From: Alphaproteobacteria bacterium UBA3773
Lineage (GTDB): Bacteria > Pseudomonadota > Alphaproteobacteria > RF32 > CAG-239
DNA: 61,831 nt
Reading direction: 5' to 3'
Assembly: GCA_002372275.1 (NCBI GenBank)
Contig: DFFP01000003.1
Location: forward strand, 83,851-145,681
The notes beneath the pieces are model-generated. The model was not told the DNA's origin. It was given only the letters and a program-made list of their open reading frames with translations, and made no database searches. Below are positions 51,407 through 61,558 of this stretch, one piece after another (position 1 is the first letter of the stretch; each line of letters begins with the position of its first letter). Position numbers and translations under genes: made by a program.

Positions 51407-51928
51407 TCACAATTTAATTTGATTTGCAAGTGCTTTTATTTGTTCGCTCACTTTTGAAACAGCCTCTGCCAATTCACTGTCAATTTCCGAAAAATCAACA
51501 CTTGCAGGCACCTCAACCGTTTTCTCTACGATTTTCTCAACAGGCACCTCAACAACTTTTTCCACCACTTTTTCAACCGGCACTTCAACAATCTTCTCGA
51601 CAGGCACCTCAACGCGCTTTTCAACCGGTACCTCAACCACTTTCTCTACGATTTTTTCAACGGGTACCTCGACAACCTTCTCAACAATTTTTTCAACCGT
51701 CTGAATTTGAGGCTCCGGCGTTTTTGTTTTTAACTCATCGAGCTCATCAGCCACCAACAGCCCGACCATAGCAAGCAATTGATGCTCATTAATTTGCCCA
51801 ACGCTTTTTTTGAGCATTTGAGCTTTTTCATCTAAAAGTCTCGACAAACCGATAATATGTCCTTCTTCGCCATCACCGCAAGCAATAGCATATTCACGAT
51901 CACCGATTTGAATAATTACTTCAGCCAT
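51407..51928 (-). CDS. zapA: Cell division protein ZapA with a VEVPVEK repeat insertion
   Basis: IQIGDREYAIACGDGEE...LLAMVGLLVADEL; precedes 6S RNA. Confidence 0.9.
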   Translation of the reverse strand: MAEVIIQIGDREYAIACGDGEEGHIIGLSRLLDEKAQMLKKSVGQINEHQLLAMVGLLVADELDELKTKTPEPQIQTVEKIVEKVVEVPVEKIVEKVVEVPVEKRVEVPVEKIVEVPVEKVVEKVVEVPVEKIVEKTVEVPASVDFSEIDSELAEAVSKVSEQIKALANQIKL

Positions 51929-51929
51929 T

Positions 51930-52157
51930 TTACCTTAAAACCTCATCAATGATTGCCGTTGTTTCATCTATTTTTTGCAAAGTGGTTTCGAGCTTTTCTT
52001 GTAAAAAGCTGACATCTACATGATTTGCTGCTTCTTCATTTGCGCTTTGCGTTATATTATTTTTTTGTTTTTCTTCAATTTCAGCTCTTAAAACATCAAT
52101 ATTTTGTTTTAAAACTTCCAAAGCTGCCCGTGTTTGCCCAAAAGTATATTCCATCAT
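51930..52157 (-). CDS. Small coiled-coil protein upstream of zapA
   Basis: 75 aa with a heptad pattern; coupled to zapA as is common in Alphaproteobacteria. Confidence 0.65.
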   Translation of the reverse strand: MMEYTFGQTRAALEVLKQNIDVLRAEIEEKQKNNITQSANEEAANHVDVSFLQEKLETTLQKIDETTAIIDEVLR

Positions 52158-52242
52158 TGAAAAGTTTCTTTCTTTTTTGATAAAAATAAATTATAGTTAC
52201 TTTAAGTTGTTTTTCACTTTTTGACAAGAGGCAATTACACTT

Positions 52243-52746
52243 ATGCAAAAGTTTATCATTCTTATCACAACCGAAGACTATACACTGATCAACAACCCCG
52301 ATTTAGAGTGTTTTATTTTAAGCCAAGATTTAAGCTTTGATTTCAAAAAAGAATTTGCACTTCAGGCCAAAGAAAAAATCGTTTTGGCGCAAAACCTCAA
52401 AGATCTGAAAGATTTTAACCTTGACGGCGTTGTTCTTGATTTAAGTGGCGTTCAAAACATCTCTCTTGAGTGGAAAACAATCAAGTCCGAGCTCAAAAAC
52501 AAAATCACAGGCCTTATCACCCGAAATCGCCGACACGAGGCAATGCTGACTTCCGAGTGTGAACCTGACTTTATCATTTTTAAGGCCTGGGCCGAGGGCT
52601 TAGAAAAAACAAAAGAGCTGACTTCATGGTATCAAGAAATGTTTTTAATCCAATCTGCACTTTGGCCACAAGAAGATCTCGATGCCAAAGATTTTGAAAC
52701 GGATTTTCTGATTATTTCCAACACAAAATATAAAAAAAGCGCTTGA
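52243..52746 (+). CDS. Degenerate thiamine-phosphate-synthase-like (ThiE/TenI) protein
   Basis: LDGVVL, RHEAMLTSECEPDFIIF and SWYQEMFLIQ resemble the alphaproteobacterial ThiE-like family; the protein is truncated. Confidence 0.6.
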   Translation: MQKFIILITTEDYTLINNPDLECFILSQDLSFDFKKEFALQAKEKIVLAQNLKDLKDFNLDGVVLDLSGVQNISLEWKTIKSELKNKITGLITRNRRHEAMLTSECEPDFIIFKAWAEGLEKTKELTSWYQEMFLIQSALWPQEDLDAKDFETDFLIISNTKYKKSA

Positions 52747-52867
52747 TTTTGAATTTTTTGATGTTATAATACACCACAATATAAATTGATTGGCTGTGAT
52801 GGATAACATCGCAGTCTGATTTTTTCTGTAACATAAAAAAATAAAAACACAAAAGGAGAATCTGAAA

Positions 52868-53341
52868 ATGGATAAGTTTCCGCTTACCAAAAAAGGTTAT
52901 TTGAATCTTGAGCAAGAATTAAAACACCTCAAAGGCATTGATCGCCCAAACATTATTGCTGCGATTGAAGAAGCGCGCTCACACGGCGATTTATCTGAAA
53001 ATGCCGAATACTCAGCCGCCAAAGAAAAACAAAGTTTTATTGAAGGGCGCATTCAAGAATTAGAGTCTGTTGTCAGCCGTGCCCAAGTGATTGACCCGCA
53101 AACCATGTCCGGCGACATTGTCCGTTTCGGTGCAACCGTTGCCGTTGCTGATGTTGATACCGATGAAGAAAAAGAATATCAAATTGTCGGTGATTACGAA
53201 GCTGATATTGAAAAAAATCTGATTTCGGTTTCTTCCCCGATTGCCAAAGCCTTGATTGGCAAAGAAGTCGGCGATACGGTTGAATTTATGGCACCCGGCG
53301 GCAAAAAATCATTTGAAATTCTTGTTGTCAAATACATTTAA
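52868..53341 (+). CDS. greA: Transcription elongation factor GreA
   Basis: ARSHGDLSENAEYSAAKEKQ, VRFGATV, ISVSSPIAKALIGK. Confidence 0.97.
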   Translation: MDKFPLTKKGYLNLEQELKHLKGIDRPNIIAAIEEARSHGDLSENAEYSAAKEKQSFIEGRIQELESVVSRAQVIDPQTMSGDIVRFGATVAVADVDTDEEKEYQIVGDYEADIEKNLISVSSPIAKALIGKEVGDTVEFMAPGGKKSFEILVVKYI

Positions 53342-53363
53342 ATTTTAAAATAAAAAATTATAT

Positions 53364-53394
53364 AAACCGGCAAATAAAATCTGCCGGTTTTTTT
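53364..53394 (+). terminator. Intrinsic terminator after greA
   Basis: AAACCGGCA...TGCCGGTTT plus T tract. Confidence 0.8.
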
Positions 53395-53418
53395 ATTTTA
53401 ATTTCAAGGAGTTTTTTT

Positions 53419-53568
53419 ATGGAAAAATGTCAGTATGATTACGAGCAAAAATGCACCTGCGCCGAAGATGATAACTGCGGCTGTGATAACAGCAAATTCA
53501 CAAACAAGCAGCAAATGCCGGTGGTTTGTAAATCTCAAGACGACAACAAGTCGGATGAACAAACATAG
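53419..53568 (+). CDS. Small Cys-rich protein (49 aa), metallothionein-like
   Basis: AAGGAG RBS; MEKCQYDYEQKCTCAEDDNCGCDNSKFTNKQQMPVVCKSQDDNKSDEQT; below the ORF-track cutoff. Confidence 0.55.
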   Translation: MEKCQYDYEQKCTCAEDDNCGCDNSKFTNKQQMPVVCKSQDDNKSDEQT

Positions 53569-53709
53569 TTTGTTCTATTTATAAAAAAAAATATATATAA
53601 ATACTCTTCAATTCTTTTTGAAAAACAAAAGATAATGCTTGAGTTTGAAGAAAGTTTGCCTTAATCTGTTTTTAGTTTAAAATCAAAGAAAAACAAGGAA
53701 CAAATTAAA

Positions 53710-56169
53710 ATGACGACAAACGCGCGTTATAACGGCAAAGAAACATTTGAAGAATGGCAAAAAACGTGGGCTCTTGAAGATCGCTACAACTTCAAAACCA
53801 TTGAAAAAAAATGGCAAAAAATTTGGGAAGATGAAAAAACATATCATGTCGATATCGATCATAACAAGCCGAAATTTTACGCGCTTGTTGAATTTCCATA
53901 TCCTTCGGGTCAAGGCTTACACGTCGGCCATCCCCGTTCATATACGGCGCTTGATGTGATCGCGCGCTTAAAGCGTATGCAAGGCTTTAACGTTCTTTAT
54001 CCGATGGGCTTTGACGCATTCGGATTACCGGCTGAAAACTATGCTGTGAAAACGGGTGTTCATCCGGCTGTTTCAACAAATGAGAACATCAAAAACTTCA
54101 CCCGTCAACTCAAATCTTTAGGTTTTTCGTTTGATTGGGACCGCGTCATTAAAACCTGCGACCCCGAATACTATAAATGGACACAATGGATGTTCTTAAA
54201 GTTCTTTGAAAAGGGCTTGGCATATAAAAAGAAAATGACCATCAACTGGTGCCCGTCCTGCAAAGTAGGCTTAGCCAACGAAGAAGTGATTAACGGCCAC
54301 TGCGAACGCTGCGGCCATGAAGTTGTCCACAAAGAAAAATCACAATGGATGCTTGCCATCACAAAATATGCCGATCGCTTAATTGACGATCTAGCCGATT
54401 TAGATTTTATCGAACAGGTTAAAACCCAACAAATCAACTGGATTGGCCGCTCAGAAGGTGCCGAGCTTGATTTCGAGTTTGGCGATGATAAATTAACCGT
54501 ATTTACCACACGCCCCGACACGGCCTTTGGCGTCACTTATATGGTTTTAGCTCCTGAGCATCCGTTTGTTCAAAAATACCTTAATCGCTTTGAAAACAAA
54601 GATGAAATTAAAGCCTATGTTGAAAAGTCAGCGAAAAAATCCGATTTAGAGCGCACGGCAAGCACTGAAAAAACAGGTGTTGAACTCAAAGGAATCAAGG
54701 CTAAAAACCCGTTCACAAACGAATTTGTTCCGGTCTTTATTTCAGACTATGTCTTAACAGGTTACGGCACAGGTGCCATCATGGCTGTTCCGGCGCACGA
54801 TTCAAGAGACTATGCTTTTGCCAAAGTCTTCAATCTTCCTATTATTCCTGTTTTAGAAGGAGGTGATATTTCAACCGAGGCCTTTGAGGGCGACGGGGCT
54901 CACATCAATTCCGGTTTTTTGAACGGGATGGGTAAAGAAGATGGTATTCAGGCCGCCATTGATTATGCTAAAGAACACGGTTTCGGCCAAGCCAAAGTTA
55001 ATTTCAAATTGCGCGACTGGGTTTTCTCGCGCCAACGCTATTGGGGTGAACCCATACCGATGGTCTATTGCGAGCATTGCGGCTGGCAGCCGATAGATGA
55101 AAAAGATTTACCGTTAACCCTTCCCGAAATCACCGATTTTCTCCCCAATGACGAAGGTGATTCGCCGCTTGCCAAGGCCACAGACTGGGTGAACACAACT
55201 TGCCCGAAATGTGGCGGACCTGCCAAACGCGAAACGGACGTGATGCCGAACTGGGCCGGTTCTTCGTGGTATTTCCTGCGCTATTGCGACCCGCATAACG
55301 ATAAAGAGTTCGCCTCCAAAGAAGCGCTTGATTACTTTATGAATGTTGATTGGTACAACGGTGGCATGGAACACACCACACTTCACCTGCTCTATTCTCG
55401 TTTTTGGCACAAATTCTTGTATGATTGCGGGTTAGTTCCGACCAGCGAGCCTTATCAAAAGCGCACGGCGCACGGCATGATTTTAGCCTCAAACGGCGAA
55501 AAAATGTCCAAATCGCGCGGCAACGTCATCAATCCGGATGATATTGTCGAAAATTATGGGGCAGATACATTTCGTTTATATGAAATGTTCATCGGTCCGT
55601 TTGATCAGGCGGCCCAATGGTCAGATGAAAGTTTAATGGGTGTTTACCGCTTTGTTTCCAAGGTATATCATTTATTTTCAAAAGTTTCCAAGAGTGCCCA
55701 AGCGTCCGAATCTGATTTGCGCGCCATGCATAAATGCATTTTAGAAGTCAGTGAGCGTATCTGCCAGATGAAGTTTAACACAGCCGTATCATCACTGATG
55801 ACATACGTTAATTATCTTTCAAATATGGAAAAAATTCCGGCCGTGATGTATGAAACGCTGATTAAACTTTTATCTCCGTTTACCCCTCATTTGGCAGAAG
55901 AAATGTGGGCGCGTCTTGAACATACTTCTTCTGTTGTCACTGAGAGTTGGCCTGAGGGCGACTTAAAACTTGCTGCCGACAATATGGTCACCATGGCTGT
56001 TCAAATGAACGGAAAAATGCGTGGCACGATCGAAATCGCCAAAGACAGCTCGGATGATGACGTTAAAGCGGCCGCTTTGTCGCTTGAAAACGTCGCCCGT
56101 CAATTAAAAGAAACAAACCCTAAAAAAATCATTGTTGTTAAAAATAGGATTGTGAACATTGTTGCATAA
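53710..56169 (+). CDS. leuS: Leucine--tRNA ligase
   Basis: FPYPSGQGLHVGH, editing domain FTTRPDT/GTGAIMAVPAHD, KMSKS. Confidence 0.97.
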   Translation: MTTNARYNGKETFEEWQKTWALEDRYNFKTIEKKWQKIWEDEKTYHVDIDHNKPKFYALVEFPYPSGQGLHVGHPRSYTALDVIARLKRMQGFNVLYPMGFDAFGLPAENYAVKTGVHPAVSTNENIKNFTRQLKSLGFSFDWDRVIKTCDPEYYKWTQWMFLKFFEKGLAYKKKMTINWCPSCKVGLANEEVINGHCERCGHEVVHKEKSQWMLAITKYADRLIDDLADLDFIEQVKTQQINWIGRSEGAELDFEFGDDKLTVFTTRPDTAFGVTYMVLAPEHPFVQKYLNRFENKDEIKAYVEKSAKKSDLERTASTEKTGVELKGIKAKNPFTNEFVPVFISDYVLTGYGTGAIMAVPAHDSRDYAFAKVFNLPIIPVLEGGDISTEAFEGDGAHINSGFLNGMGKEDGIQAAIDYAKEHGFGQAKVNFKLRDWVFSRQRYWGEPIPMVYCEHCGWQPIDEKDLPLTLPEITDFLPNDEGDSPLAKATDWVNTTCPKCGGPAKRETDVMPNWAGSSWYFLRYCDPHNDKEFASKEALDYFMNVDWYNGGMEHTTLHLLYSRFWHKFLYDCGLVPTSEPYQKRTAHGMILASNGEKMSKSRGNVINPDDIVENYGADTFRLYEMFIGPFDQAAQWSDESLMGVYRFVSKVYHLFSKVSKSAQASESDLRAMHKCILEVSERICQMKFNTAVSSLMTYVNYLSNMEKIPAVMYETLIKLLSPFTPHLAEEMWARLEHTSSVVTESWPEGDLKLAADNMVTMAVQMNGKMRGTIEIAKDSSDDDVKAAALSLENVARQLKETNPKKIIVVKNRIVNIVA

Positions 56170-56707
56170 AATTAAAATACTTTTTTTACTTTTACCGATT
56201 GCCTCATGCGGTTTTGAACCTTTATATGTTGAGCGCGACAGCTCTCAAGGTTTTTACTATAAGGGGCAGTTTGACACATCTGTTTCAGACGAAATCAAAC
56301 AAATTAAGGTTGAACCGGCAGCTGAAAGAATAGGACAACTTGTCCGAAATGAGTTGTTAGACAGTTTCACACCCTTGGGTGTTCCGGAAAAGCCGAAATA
56401 TCGTCTTCAAATCGATCATATTAAAAAATCCGTCACAGAGCAGGCCATGCGCGACGATATTACCGCCACACGTGAGCGTGTCGAATATAAACTCGACTAT
56501 GTTTTGTATGACCAAAACGGCGAAGAACTCGTCAAAGGAGACACCCTTGCGCTACTCGGTTATGATATTATGTCAAACCCATACTCCACCACCATGTCAC
56601 AGAAAAAAATCGAGAAAGATGCCGCCAAAATCATGGCAGACGACATCTCACTTCGAATCGGTGCGTATTTTCATTCTGTGATGAAAAAAAGTGACAGTAA
56701 GAAATGA
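56159..56707 (+). CDS. lptE: LPS assembly lipoprotein LptE
   Basis: Lipobox IASCGFEPLY; between leuS and holA. Confidence 0.85.
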   Translation: MLHKIKILFLLLPIASCGFEPLYVERDSSQGFYYKGQFDTSVSDEIKQIKVEPAAERIGQLVRNELLDSFTPLGVPEKPKYRLQIDHIKKSVTEQAMRDDITATRERVEYKLDYVLYDQNGEELVKGDTLALLGYDIMSNPYSTTMSQKKIEKDAAKIMADDISLRIGAYFHSVMKKSDSKK

Positions 56708-57732
56708 ATTTTAAAGAACCGGAAATCAATCGATTTTTACAAAAACCGGATTTGAAAATTCGCTGTGTTTTACTTTTTGGCACAAACGAGGGCATGATTG
56801 CAGATCTTTCTCAAAAATTTGCCCTAACCGTCACAGATGATTTAACGGATGCTTTTCGCGTTTCAACTTTTATCTCAGAAGAAATTGAAAAAGATGTCGG
56901 CACTTTGTTTGGTGAATATAATGCTGTTTCCTTAATGGGCGGCAGACGCGTTATCTTTATTAAAAACGCCACAAACAATTTAACAAAGCCTTTAAAAGAG
57001 CTTTTATCGTCAAGTAAATCCGATACTTTTCTTATTATTACTTCAACAACAATCAACACAAAGTCATCGCTTGTTAATCTCTTAAAAGATGCCCCGGACA
57101 GCGCCGTCATCAGTTGCTATGATGACAGAGAACAAAGCATCACCTCATATATCCGCGATTTTTTCTCAAAACGCAACATCACTGTTGCCCTTGATGCACA
57201 AAACATGCTCTCTGCCAGATTATCGGCCGACCGCAAAATCACCGAAAACGAGCTTGAAAAATTAGTCACATACCTTGGTGCTCGAAAAAACGTCACACTT
57301 GATGATGTTTTAGTTGCGATCAGTAACACCTCAACCACATCAACAGATGACATATGCTATACCGTTTCGCTCGGGCAATCCGAAAACACTCTTAAATCCT
57401 ACCAAAATTTAACATATGAGGGCGAAGAACCCGCAAGTATTCTCCGTTCAGTCGCCTATCATTTTTTGAAAATACTTGACTCAATTGCCGCTATGGAAAA
57501 CGGTATGCCCGCCAAATCCGTGATTGAAACGTTCAAACCGCCGTTATTATTTTTCCGAAAACCGGATTTTTTAACGATTCTCAAGATATGGAAACGCCAG
57601 AGTGTTCTTGATGTTTTAAGCCTTCTTTATAAGGCCGAACGCGACTGCAAAACAACGGGTTATCCGGCATTTGAAATTGCAAGCTATACCCTGCTTCAAA
57701 TTGCCGGCGCTGCTAAAAAACTTCAAAAATAA
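56704..57732 (+). CDS. holA: DNA polymerase III subunit delta
   Basis: LLFGTNEG, SLMGGRRVI, ELEKLVTY, PPLLFFRK; leuS-lptE-holA synteny. Confidence 0.9.
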   Translation: MNFKEPEINRFLQKPDLKIRCVLLFGTNEGMIADLSQKFALTVTDDLTDAFRVSTFISEEIEKDVGTLFGEYNAVSLMGGRRVIFIKNATNNLTKPLKELLSSSKSDTFLIITSTTINTKSSLVNLLKDAPDSAVISCYDDREQSITSYIRDFFSKRNITVALDAQNMLSARLSADRKITENELEKLVTYLGARKNVTLDDVLVAISNTSTTSTDDICYTVSLGQSENTLKSYQNLTYEGEEPASILRSVAYHFLKILDSIAAMENGMPAKSVIETFKPPLLFFRKPDFLTILKIWKRQSVLDVLSLLYKAERDCKTTGYPAFEIASYTLLQIAGAAKKLQK

Positions 57733-57842
57733 TCATTCTATTTTTTTTCATCCCCACACTCATCTGATAAGAAATAATGTAAAACCACTTGAAAAAAAGT
57801 AAAAAACAGTTCATTATTTTCTTAAAATTAAAGGAAAAATTG

Positions 57843-59117
57843 ATGTCTGTTCGCATTCAGTGTATTCGCGCGTTTCAAAAAATTTTAGAAGAAAAGGTCT
57901 TTTTTAAGGATCTTAAAGATGGGTTTGATGAAAAATCAAGACCTTTTGCAGGTTATTTAATTTTAACGGCGCTGAGGCGAAAACCTGTAATTGATAAGCT
58001 TTTAGGTTCAATTTTGGTTAAAAAAATTAAAGAAAAAGACAAAGTATTAAACTATGTTTTGCTTTTAGGGGCTGTTGAAATTTTATATATGGATACACCC
58101 GTTTATGCCGCTATTAACGAATATGTCAATGCGGCTAAAAAGCTTGTCGGGAACTTTGCTTCGAAAATGGTCAATGCCGTTTTGCACAAAATTGAAAATC
58201 ATAAAGAAAATATGCAAAATCAGGCTGAATTTCCGGCCGGTTTTAAGGAGATTTTACAAAAAGATTATACAAGTGCCGAAATAAAAAAAATGAAGGAAAT
58301 CCTCCTTGTTGAGGCTCCGCTTGATTTAACGGCTGTTGACCCTGTTCAAACGGCATCTGATTTAGAAGGGTTATTATTTGAAAATGGAACGGTGCGGCTT
58401 CAAAACGTGAAAAAAGAGCCGTCGCTTTTAAAAGGATATGATCAAGGCTTATGGTTTGTGCAGGATTTGGCAGCAGCCTTGCCTTTATCAATGATTTCAG
58501 ATTTAAGAGATAAAAAAGTTTTGGATTTGTGTGCGGCACCCGGCGGAAAAACCGCACAGCTTTTATATAAAGGCGCCAATGTCACGGCGCTTGATATTGA
58601 CGCCTCAAGGCTTGAAAAATTAAAAGAAAATATGCAAAGGCTGCATTTAGAAAAAAATTTAAGCGTGGTTTGTGAAGATGCTTTTTCTTTCTTAAAAAAG
58701 ACAACACAAAAATATGATTTCATTTTAATTGATGCACCTTGTTCGGCAACCGGAACGTTTCGGAAACATCCGGAAATTATTTATTTTAAGACGCTTGAAG
58801 ACGTCAATAAGCAAGCTGAAATTCAAAAAAAATTACTAAATGAGGCTGTGTCTTGTTTAAATGAAAAGGGGCAAATTTTATATGTAACTTGCTCCATTTC
58901 AAAAACGGAAGGCGAACAACAAATTGAGAGCTTTTTAGAGGAAAATCATGATTTTGAGCTTTTGCCTTTTGAAAAGAAAAACATATTTAAAAATGCGCAA
59001 AAATTAGATGATTGTATTTTTAATAAGGGAGTTTTAAGAACTTTGCCCTATCATAAACAAAATCTGGGCGGGATGGATTCTTTTTTTGCTGCGATTTTGA
59101 AACGAAAGGATAAATGA
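57843..59117 (+). CDS. RsmB/NOP-family RNA m5C methyltransferase with NusB-like N-domain
   Basis: MVNAVL, VQD, VLDLCAAPGGKT, DAPCSATGT, YVTCS. Confidence 0.92.
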   Translation: MSVRIQCIRAFQKILEEKVFFKDLKDGFDEKSRPFAGYLILTALRRKPVIDKLLGSILVKKIKEKDKVLNYVLLLGAVEILYMDTPVYAAINEYVNAAKKLVGNFASKMVNAVLHKIENHKENMQNQAEFPAGFKEILQKDYTSAEIKKMKEILLVEAPLDLTAVDPVQTASDLEGLLFENGTVRLQNVKKEPSLLKGYDQGLWFVQDLAAALPLSMISDLRDKKVLDLCAAPGGKTAQLLYKGANVTALDIDASRLEKLKENMQRLHLEKNLSVVCEDAFSFLKKTTQKYDFILIDAPCSATGTFRKHPEIIYFKTLEDVNKQAEIQKKLLNEAVSCLNEKGQILYVTCSISKTEGEQQIESFLEENHDFELLPFEKKNIFKNAQKLDDCIFNKGVLRTLPYHKQNLGGMDSFFAAILKRKDK

Positions 59118-60178
59118 TGATTGCGTCGATACTTATTGTGACTGTGCTTTTTGCGGCCGGATACTTTTTAATGTATGTTGCCTCTGATAAAATAAGAACA
59201 TTAACAAGCACGGATATGACTTATCATTTCAAAACAGATGTGACGATTTATACGTTTTTAATGATGTTTATTTCGTTTTTAGGCTCTTATTTGATAGGGA
59301 AAAATTTTTCTGACGCGGTGGCGGTGTTGTCATTTTGGAAAGTGATGGTACCGTTTGTTGCAACTTTTGTGATTTATGGCCTCTTTTTAATGGAAATGAA
59401 CAGACTTTTTATGATGGCGACCGTTCTTTTTTCTTTTATATGCGGGTTTATTTTCATTGAGCCTTCAAGTTTAATGTTTCAAAATGTGATTCCTTCTTAT
59501 TTAGAAATTTCAGGCTATTGTTTGATAGCTTCCGTCATCGCTTTAAGCGGAAAAGTATTAAAAGGCGTACACGGTTTATTTCCTTTATATTTTTTGATGT
59601 TTATGGTAGGTCTTGCTTTGCTTGCATTTATGGGCGGGCTTCCGATTTATTTTGCTTATTTTGCTTGCTTTTGCTGCGGTTTATGGGTTGTTGTTTATCA
59701 ATTTAATATGTATGACGAAAATCTTCATCTGAGCGAGGGAACGGCTGTTTCGATGATGTTTTTAATCGGTTCTCTTTTTTTAATGGCCATCAATGAACTG
59801 TCGTTTTCATCTGTATTTATTTTATCTGTTTATCCGATAACCGAGCTTTTATGGGCACTATTTGGAATATGTTTTTTAAAAGACGGGTCGCCCGATTTAT
59901 ATATGTATACTTCTTTTTACCAGACATATCTTAAAGGCGTGAATGCACTCACGCTTCAAAACCTTTTGTTTAAACTGTTACTAATAAATATTTTATTTGC
60001 GCTTGTTCAGCTTTATGCACCGAATATATATACATTTCCGATTTTGACATTTGTATTTAATTTTTGGATGATGTCAAAATTTCATAGCGGGGATGACAAA
60101 AAAACACCCTCGGAAACATTAACAGAAACCCCTCAAGAACAAGCCGATAACTCAAATATTACACAAAAGGACGAGTAA
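59114..60178 (+). CDS. Polytopic membrane protein, degenerate MraY/WecA (GT4)-like
   Basis: About 10-11 TMs; the segments KVLKGVHGL, LHLSEGTA and TSFYQ occupy the positions of the NxxDGxDGL, FxGDxG and HxYQ motifs. Confidence 0.5.
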   Translation: MMIASILIVTVLFAAGYFLMYVASDKIRTLTSTDMTYHFKTDVTIYTFLMMFISFLGSYLIGKNFSDAVAVLSFWKVMVPFVATFVIYGLFLMEMNRLFMMATVLFSFICGFIFIEPSSLMFQNVIPSYLEISGYCLIASVIALSGKVLKGVHGLFPLYFLMFMVGLALLAFMGGLPIYFAYFACFCCGLWVVVYQFNMYDENLHLSEGTAVSMMFLIGSLFLMAINELSFSSVFILSVYPITELLWALFGICFLKDGSPDLYMYTSFYQTYLKGVNALTLQNLLFKLLLINILFALVQLYAPNIYTFPILTFVFNFWMMSKFHSGDDKKTPSETLTETPQEQADNSNITQKDE

Positions 60179-61509
60179 TGGTTTGGTTTTGGAAAAAGGC
60201 TGAAAAAAAACAAGCAAAAGCGGATCAAACAAGTGTTTCACTCAGACCGATTCGTATTGTGATTTCAGGGGCAACAAACGGCATGCCTGTTCAAACAAAA
60301 GATGTTTTGCAAAACAGTCTGTCTCAAATTTCATTTTTAAGCCTTTCATATGAAGAAGCAATTGTTTTTGAAAATTTTGCAGAGATTGATCACCGGAATT
60401 TTTTTGATTTTTGGGATAAAGGAACAGATATTTTAAAAAGGCATCGAGCCGATGTTTTGTTAAGATATGACCAAATGCAAAATCAAATACGTTTGTCGTT
60501 TCAAAGCGATGATATGTATCAAAAAAAAGATGCCGTATTTTTTTCGGCCGCCCATAATCTTTTTTTACCTCTTTCGTTTTTTAATGAAGAAATTTTACCG
60601 CCTCAAATTTCGGCACTGATTTTAGCAACCATCATTTCGTTTGTTTATGAAAAAGATGAAAAATACAAAATTTATCTTGAACAAATTATGACACATCTCG
60701 GTCAACAAAAAATACCTGCCGGAATTGAAGCACTTTATATGCCAAATCTGTTGATTTTTCTGGTGCTTTGTTATTTGACATTCAAAAAAGAATCATTTTG
60801 TAAAGAGGATATGGCTCTTGTTTTAAGTTTAATAAAATCAGCACAAAAATATTTGATTGAAGCGCCTAACTCTAATATGAAAGCCATAATAGATTTAACC
60901 CTCGGCCAGATGTATTTATGCGCCTCATACAGCAAGAAAGCAGATGTATATATTTTTATCAGAAGGGCCATAGAGTATTTTAAAAAATCCTTAAAAATCT
61001 TCAGCAGATATACTTATCCTTATGATTATGCACGTATATCATTTGTGATGGCAGAGCAATATATCAGAATGTTTCAACTTTCAGATGATAATCAGGCGCT
61101 TCGAGATGCCGTAGCAGAACTTCGGGGGGCAGAACAAATTTTTACATATACGATTAAGCCTTTTTTGTGGGCGGAGATTGAAGAAAAATTAGGTTTTTGT
61201 TTTTCTGTTTTAAGCTCAAAATCAAACAGTGAAGAAATTGCCCTGATGGCTGTGAAGCATTTTAAGGAAAAACAAAAAGTATATGAACGTGAAAAATATC
61301 AAAAAATATGGGCCGACACGGAAAAAAATATCGGTGATGTTTATTTTTATTTGGGAAAACATATCAAAAGCGAAAATTATTTGGAAAAAGCAATCGATTC
61401 GTATAACAGTGCCTTTGAAATATATAAAAATTCAGATATGAAAGACGAAACAAATCTGCTCGAAAAATGTGTTTTAAGAGCAGATGAAGAAATAATGAGG
61501 CTTTTTTAA
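60178..61509 (+). CDS. TPR-like helical repeat protein
   Basis: Repeats such as AIEYFKKSLKIF..YPYDYA and WADTEKNIGDVY...LEKAIDSYNSAFEIY. Confidence 0.7.
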   Translation: MVWFWKKAEKKQAKADQTSVSLRPIRIVISGATNGMPVQTKDVLQNSLSQISFLSLSYEEAIVFENFAEIDHRNFFDFWDKGTDILKRHRADVLLRYDQMQNQIRLSFQSDDMYQKKDAVFFSAAHNLFLPLSFFNEEILPPQISALILATIISFVYEKDEKYKIYLEQIMTHLGQQKIPAGIEALYMPNLLIFLVLCYLTFKKESFCKEDMALVLSLIKSAQKYLIEAPNSNMKAIIDLTLGQMYLCASYSKKADVYIFIRRAIEYFKKSLKIFSRYTYPYDYARISFVMAEQYIRMFQLSDDNQALRDAVAELRGAEQIFTYTIKPFLWAEIEEKLGFCFSVLSSKSNSEEIALMAVKHFKEKQKVYEREKYQKIWADTEKNIGDVYFYLGKHIKSENYLEKAIDSYNSAFEIYKNSDMKDETNLLEKCVLRADEEIMRLF

Positions 61510-61558
61510 AAATAAAAGCTTGCATCAGAAGTTTTTTTCGGTTAAAAGAATTTGCATT

